A DNA stretch of 6,570 nucleotides, taken from the IMG/VR virus record IMGVR_UViG_3300029926_000039. One strand, 5' to 3'. Below the pieces are notes generated by a model. The model saw nothing but the letters and a program-made list of their open reading frames with translations, was not told the origin of the DNA and made no database searches. The stretch's first letter is position 1, and the number at the start of each line of letters is the position of its first letter. Positions 5,124 through 6,570 of the stretch are shown piece after piece. The position numbers were made by a program, and so were the translations under genes. This DNA is from a virus.

Positions 5124-6236
5124 ATGACTTCTGCATATGTGGGATTGCCGGGTTCTGGCAAAAGTTATGGTGTTGTTGAAAATGTTATTCTCCCGGCTTT
5201 GAAAAAAGGTCGTACAATTTGGACTAATATCCCGTTATTGATGGATCAGGTTCTTAAGGATTTTCCACAATCCGATGTTACTATTTTTAGTGTTGCTGAA
5301 ATTAAATTAAATGAAAATTGGTTTTCAGAAGTTTTGCCTAAAGGTGTTCTTTTTGTAATTGATGAAGTTTGGGATTTGTGGCCGTCGGGTCTTAAAGTCA
5401 CTAAAATGATAGAAGGGCATAAAGAGTTTTTAGCTAAACATCGTCATATTGTTTCTAACGGAATTTCTACAGAAATTGTTTTAGTCACTCAAAATCTAAA
5501 TCAGATTTGTTCATTTTCTAGAGAATTAGTTGATACTACATACATGACTAAGAAAATGTCTTCTGTAGGCTTTAGTAAATCTTTTAGAATTGATGTTTAT
5601 ACGGGTGCTGTCACTGGTCAACGTCCTCCAGAAAGTTTATTGATGAGACAAATTCCCGGTAAGTATAGAAAAAAAGTATATAAATATTATGTTAGCCACA
5701 CTCAGAGTGACGACGGTGTCGGTAACGAAGCTAAGACGGATGGTAGGGCTAGCGTTTTAAAAGGTAGTGCTATGTTTTTCATTATTGCACCTTTTGTTTT
5801 ATTTCCTATGTCTTATTTTCTTCTGAAAAGTGCGTTTTTTCCAGATGATGATGTTGTTTTGGAGGCTAAGACAGTTCAGGAAAGTTCTGTTAATAATTCT
5901 GTTAGATCTGAGCATGAACAAAAAAAAATAAAACAATCTAAGAGAGTTGTTTTTAAAAGTGACCCTAACCCTCTTTTGAACGGTTCTCTCTATATAACGT
6001 CTAATATGACGTTCGGCACTACTCCGCATTATATTATATCTGTAGAACATGGCGACAAATACGCTGAATTCGATTCTAAGCAAATTAAACGTCTCGGCGG
6101 ATCTATCTCGATTATTTCTCAGTGCTTAGTTAAGATTAGCGTTAAAAAAGTCGATCGTTATGCTTACTGCAAAAAAGATAATAACGTTGATATTGTCGGT
6201 CGTGGTATTTCTAATTTTTCGAGCATGGTTAATTGA
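5124..6236 (+). CDS. zot: Zot / pI-like phage assembly P-loop NTPase with a mid-protein TM segment
   Basis: Walker A GLPGSGKS lies at residues 7-14 (5142-5165). The Walker B-like LFVIDE lies at 5349-5366. The TM segment AMFFIIAPFVLFPMSYFLL lies at 5769-5825 and is followed by a C-terminal domain of about 135 aa. The gene occupies the canonical position after the pVI-like gene. Confidence 0.85.
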   Translation: MTSAYVGLPGSGKSYGVVENVILPALKKGRTIWTNIPLLMDQVLKDFPQSDVTIFSVAEIKLNENWFSEVLPKGVLFVIDEVWDLWPSGLKVTKMIEGHKEFLAKHRHIVSNGISTEIVLVTQNLNQICSFSRELVDTTYMTKKMSSVGFSKSFRIDVYTGAVTGQRPPESLLMRQIPGKYRKKVYKYYVSHTQSDDGVGNEAKTDGRASVLKGSAMFFIIAPFVLFPMSYFLLKSAFFPDDDVVLEAKTVQESSVNNSVRSEHEQKKIKQSKRVVFKSDPNPLLNGSLYITSNMTFGTTPHYIISVEHGDKYAEFDSKQIKRLGGSISIISQCLVKISVKKVDRYAYCKKDNNVDIVGRGISNFSSMVN

Positions 6237-6281
6237 TAGTTTTTAGCGTCCTTGTCAGTTATATAGCTTATTACCATATTC

Positions 6282-6320
6282 CAAAAATGGATTGACCGTA
6301 ATACAAAAATGGTATATTGT
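6282..6320 (+). promoter_or_regulatory. Candidate promoter and operator for the small-ORF unit downstream of zot
   Basis: The -35 is TTGACC (6292-6297). The -10 is TGG-TATATT (6310-6318, extended -10 type, 15-nt spacer), or alternatively TATTGT (6315-6320, 17-nt spacer). The exact 9-mer CAAAAATGG occurs at 6282-6290 and 6304-6312, 22 nt apart, bracketing the -35. Confidence 0.4.
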
Positions 6321-6345
6321 GTATTTTCACTCAAGAGGCGAGAAT

Positions 6346-6570
6346 ATGAAGATTGCTCAATTGAAACTTTTGTTCGATGAAGGTGTTGTAACTGATGCTA
6401 AAATCGTCCCGTCTATAACTAGTGGTTATTGGGTTGAGGTCAGGCTAAAAAAACGTTGGGTTTCTATTGATCGTCGCCGTGATGAGGACGGTGTTGCGCA
6501 CTACAGCACAATTGATGCTGCATATAGTGCAATAATATCTATCGGTTTCAAAGACCAAGGACTGAAGCTT
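6346..6570 (+). CDS. 5' part (75 codons) of the 80-aa wrap-around hypothetical protein MKIAQLKLLFDEGVVTDAKIVPSITSGYWVEVRLKKRWVSIDRRRDEDGVAHYSTIDAAYSAIISIGFKDQGLKLSHFEK
   Basis: ATG at 6346 with AGAGG 8 nt upstream. The frame stays open to the window end and continues in phase into 1-87. The product is basic in the middle and I recognise no motif. Confidence 0.6.
   Translation, partial: MKIAQLKLLFDEGVVTDAKIVPSITSGYWVEVRLKKRWVSIDRRRDEDGVAHYSTIDAAYSAIISIGFKDQGLKL
6502..6570. repeat. Right copy of the 69-bp terminal redundancy (identical to 1-69)
   Basis: Same 69-mer as 1-69. It lies inside an ORF that reads continuously across the junction. Confidence 0.97.

Larger units (their letters stand above)
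1..6570 (+). mobile_element. Complete filamentous-phage-like (inovirus-type) replicon, circular or tandem, unit length 6501 bp
   Basis: The terminal 69 nt are identical at both ends of the window. The module order is Rep, ssDNA-binding candidate, small coat proteins, pIII-like, pVI-like, Zot/pI-like. Nearly all genes are on one T-rich strand, with stop/start overlaps or 1-4 nt gaps in the structural operon. Confidence 0.8.

Noticed and set aside
5799-6083. Tracked 94-aa - strand ORF inside the zot-like gene
   Set aside because: It is antisense to a strongly supported CDS, has a highly basic low-complexity sequence, and has no SD. It is typical of a spurious antisense ORF in AT-rich DNA.
1-6570. 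Search for tRNA, rRNA, CRISPR arrays, IS elements and known defence-system genes
   Set aside because: There are no cloverleaf-like or rRNA-like segments, no regularly spaced repeat-spacer arrays, and no transposase- or nuclease-sized unexplained ORFs. The whole coding capacity is accounted for by the phage-like gene set.

Overview
The window holds one complete small replicon. Bases 1-69 are identical to 6502-6570, so the sequence either closes into a circle or is read across a tandem junction, with a unit length of 6501 bp. Gene content and order match a filamentous ssDNA phage (Inoviridae-like). On the + strand these are: an HUH rolling-circle Rep (852-2108), a 96-aa putative ssDNA-binding protein (2692-2982), a 76-aa membrane protein (2982-3212), a 45-aa Pf3-style major coat protein (3218-3355), a 461-aa pIII-like adsorption protein (3446-4831), a 95-aa pVI/Ace-like membrane protein (4835-5122) and a Zot/pI-like P-loop assembly ATPase (5124-6236). 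Two further small + strand ORFs follow: an 80-aa ORF that wraps the junction (6346-6570 plus 1-87) and a 42-aa ORF (166-294). Two small genes lie on the - strand between rep and the structural operon: a ribbon-helix-helix regulator (2362-2571) and an untracked 53-aa ORF (2090-2251) whose 3' end overlaps the rep 3' end. The roughly 560-bp non-coding region 295-851 is densely structured. It contains a 10-mer that matches, from memory, the phiX174/pC194-type nick-site core, plus a three-way-junction element, a 54-nt hairpin and a cluster of GATC sites. No secretin, integrase, tRNA, rRNA or CRISPR array is present. All functional calls rest on motifs, protein architecture and synteny read by eye. 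No homology search was possible, so family assignments are provisional.
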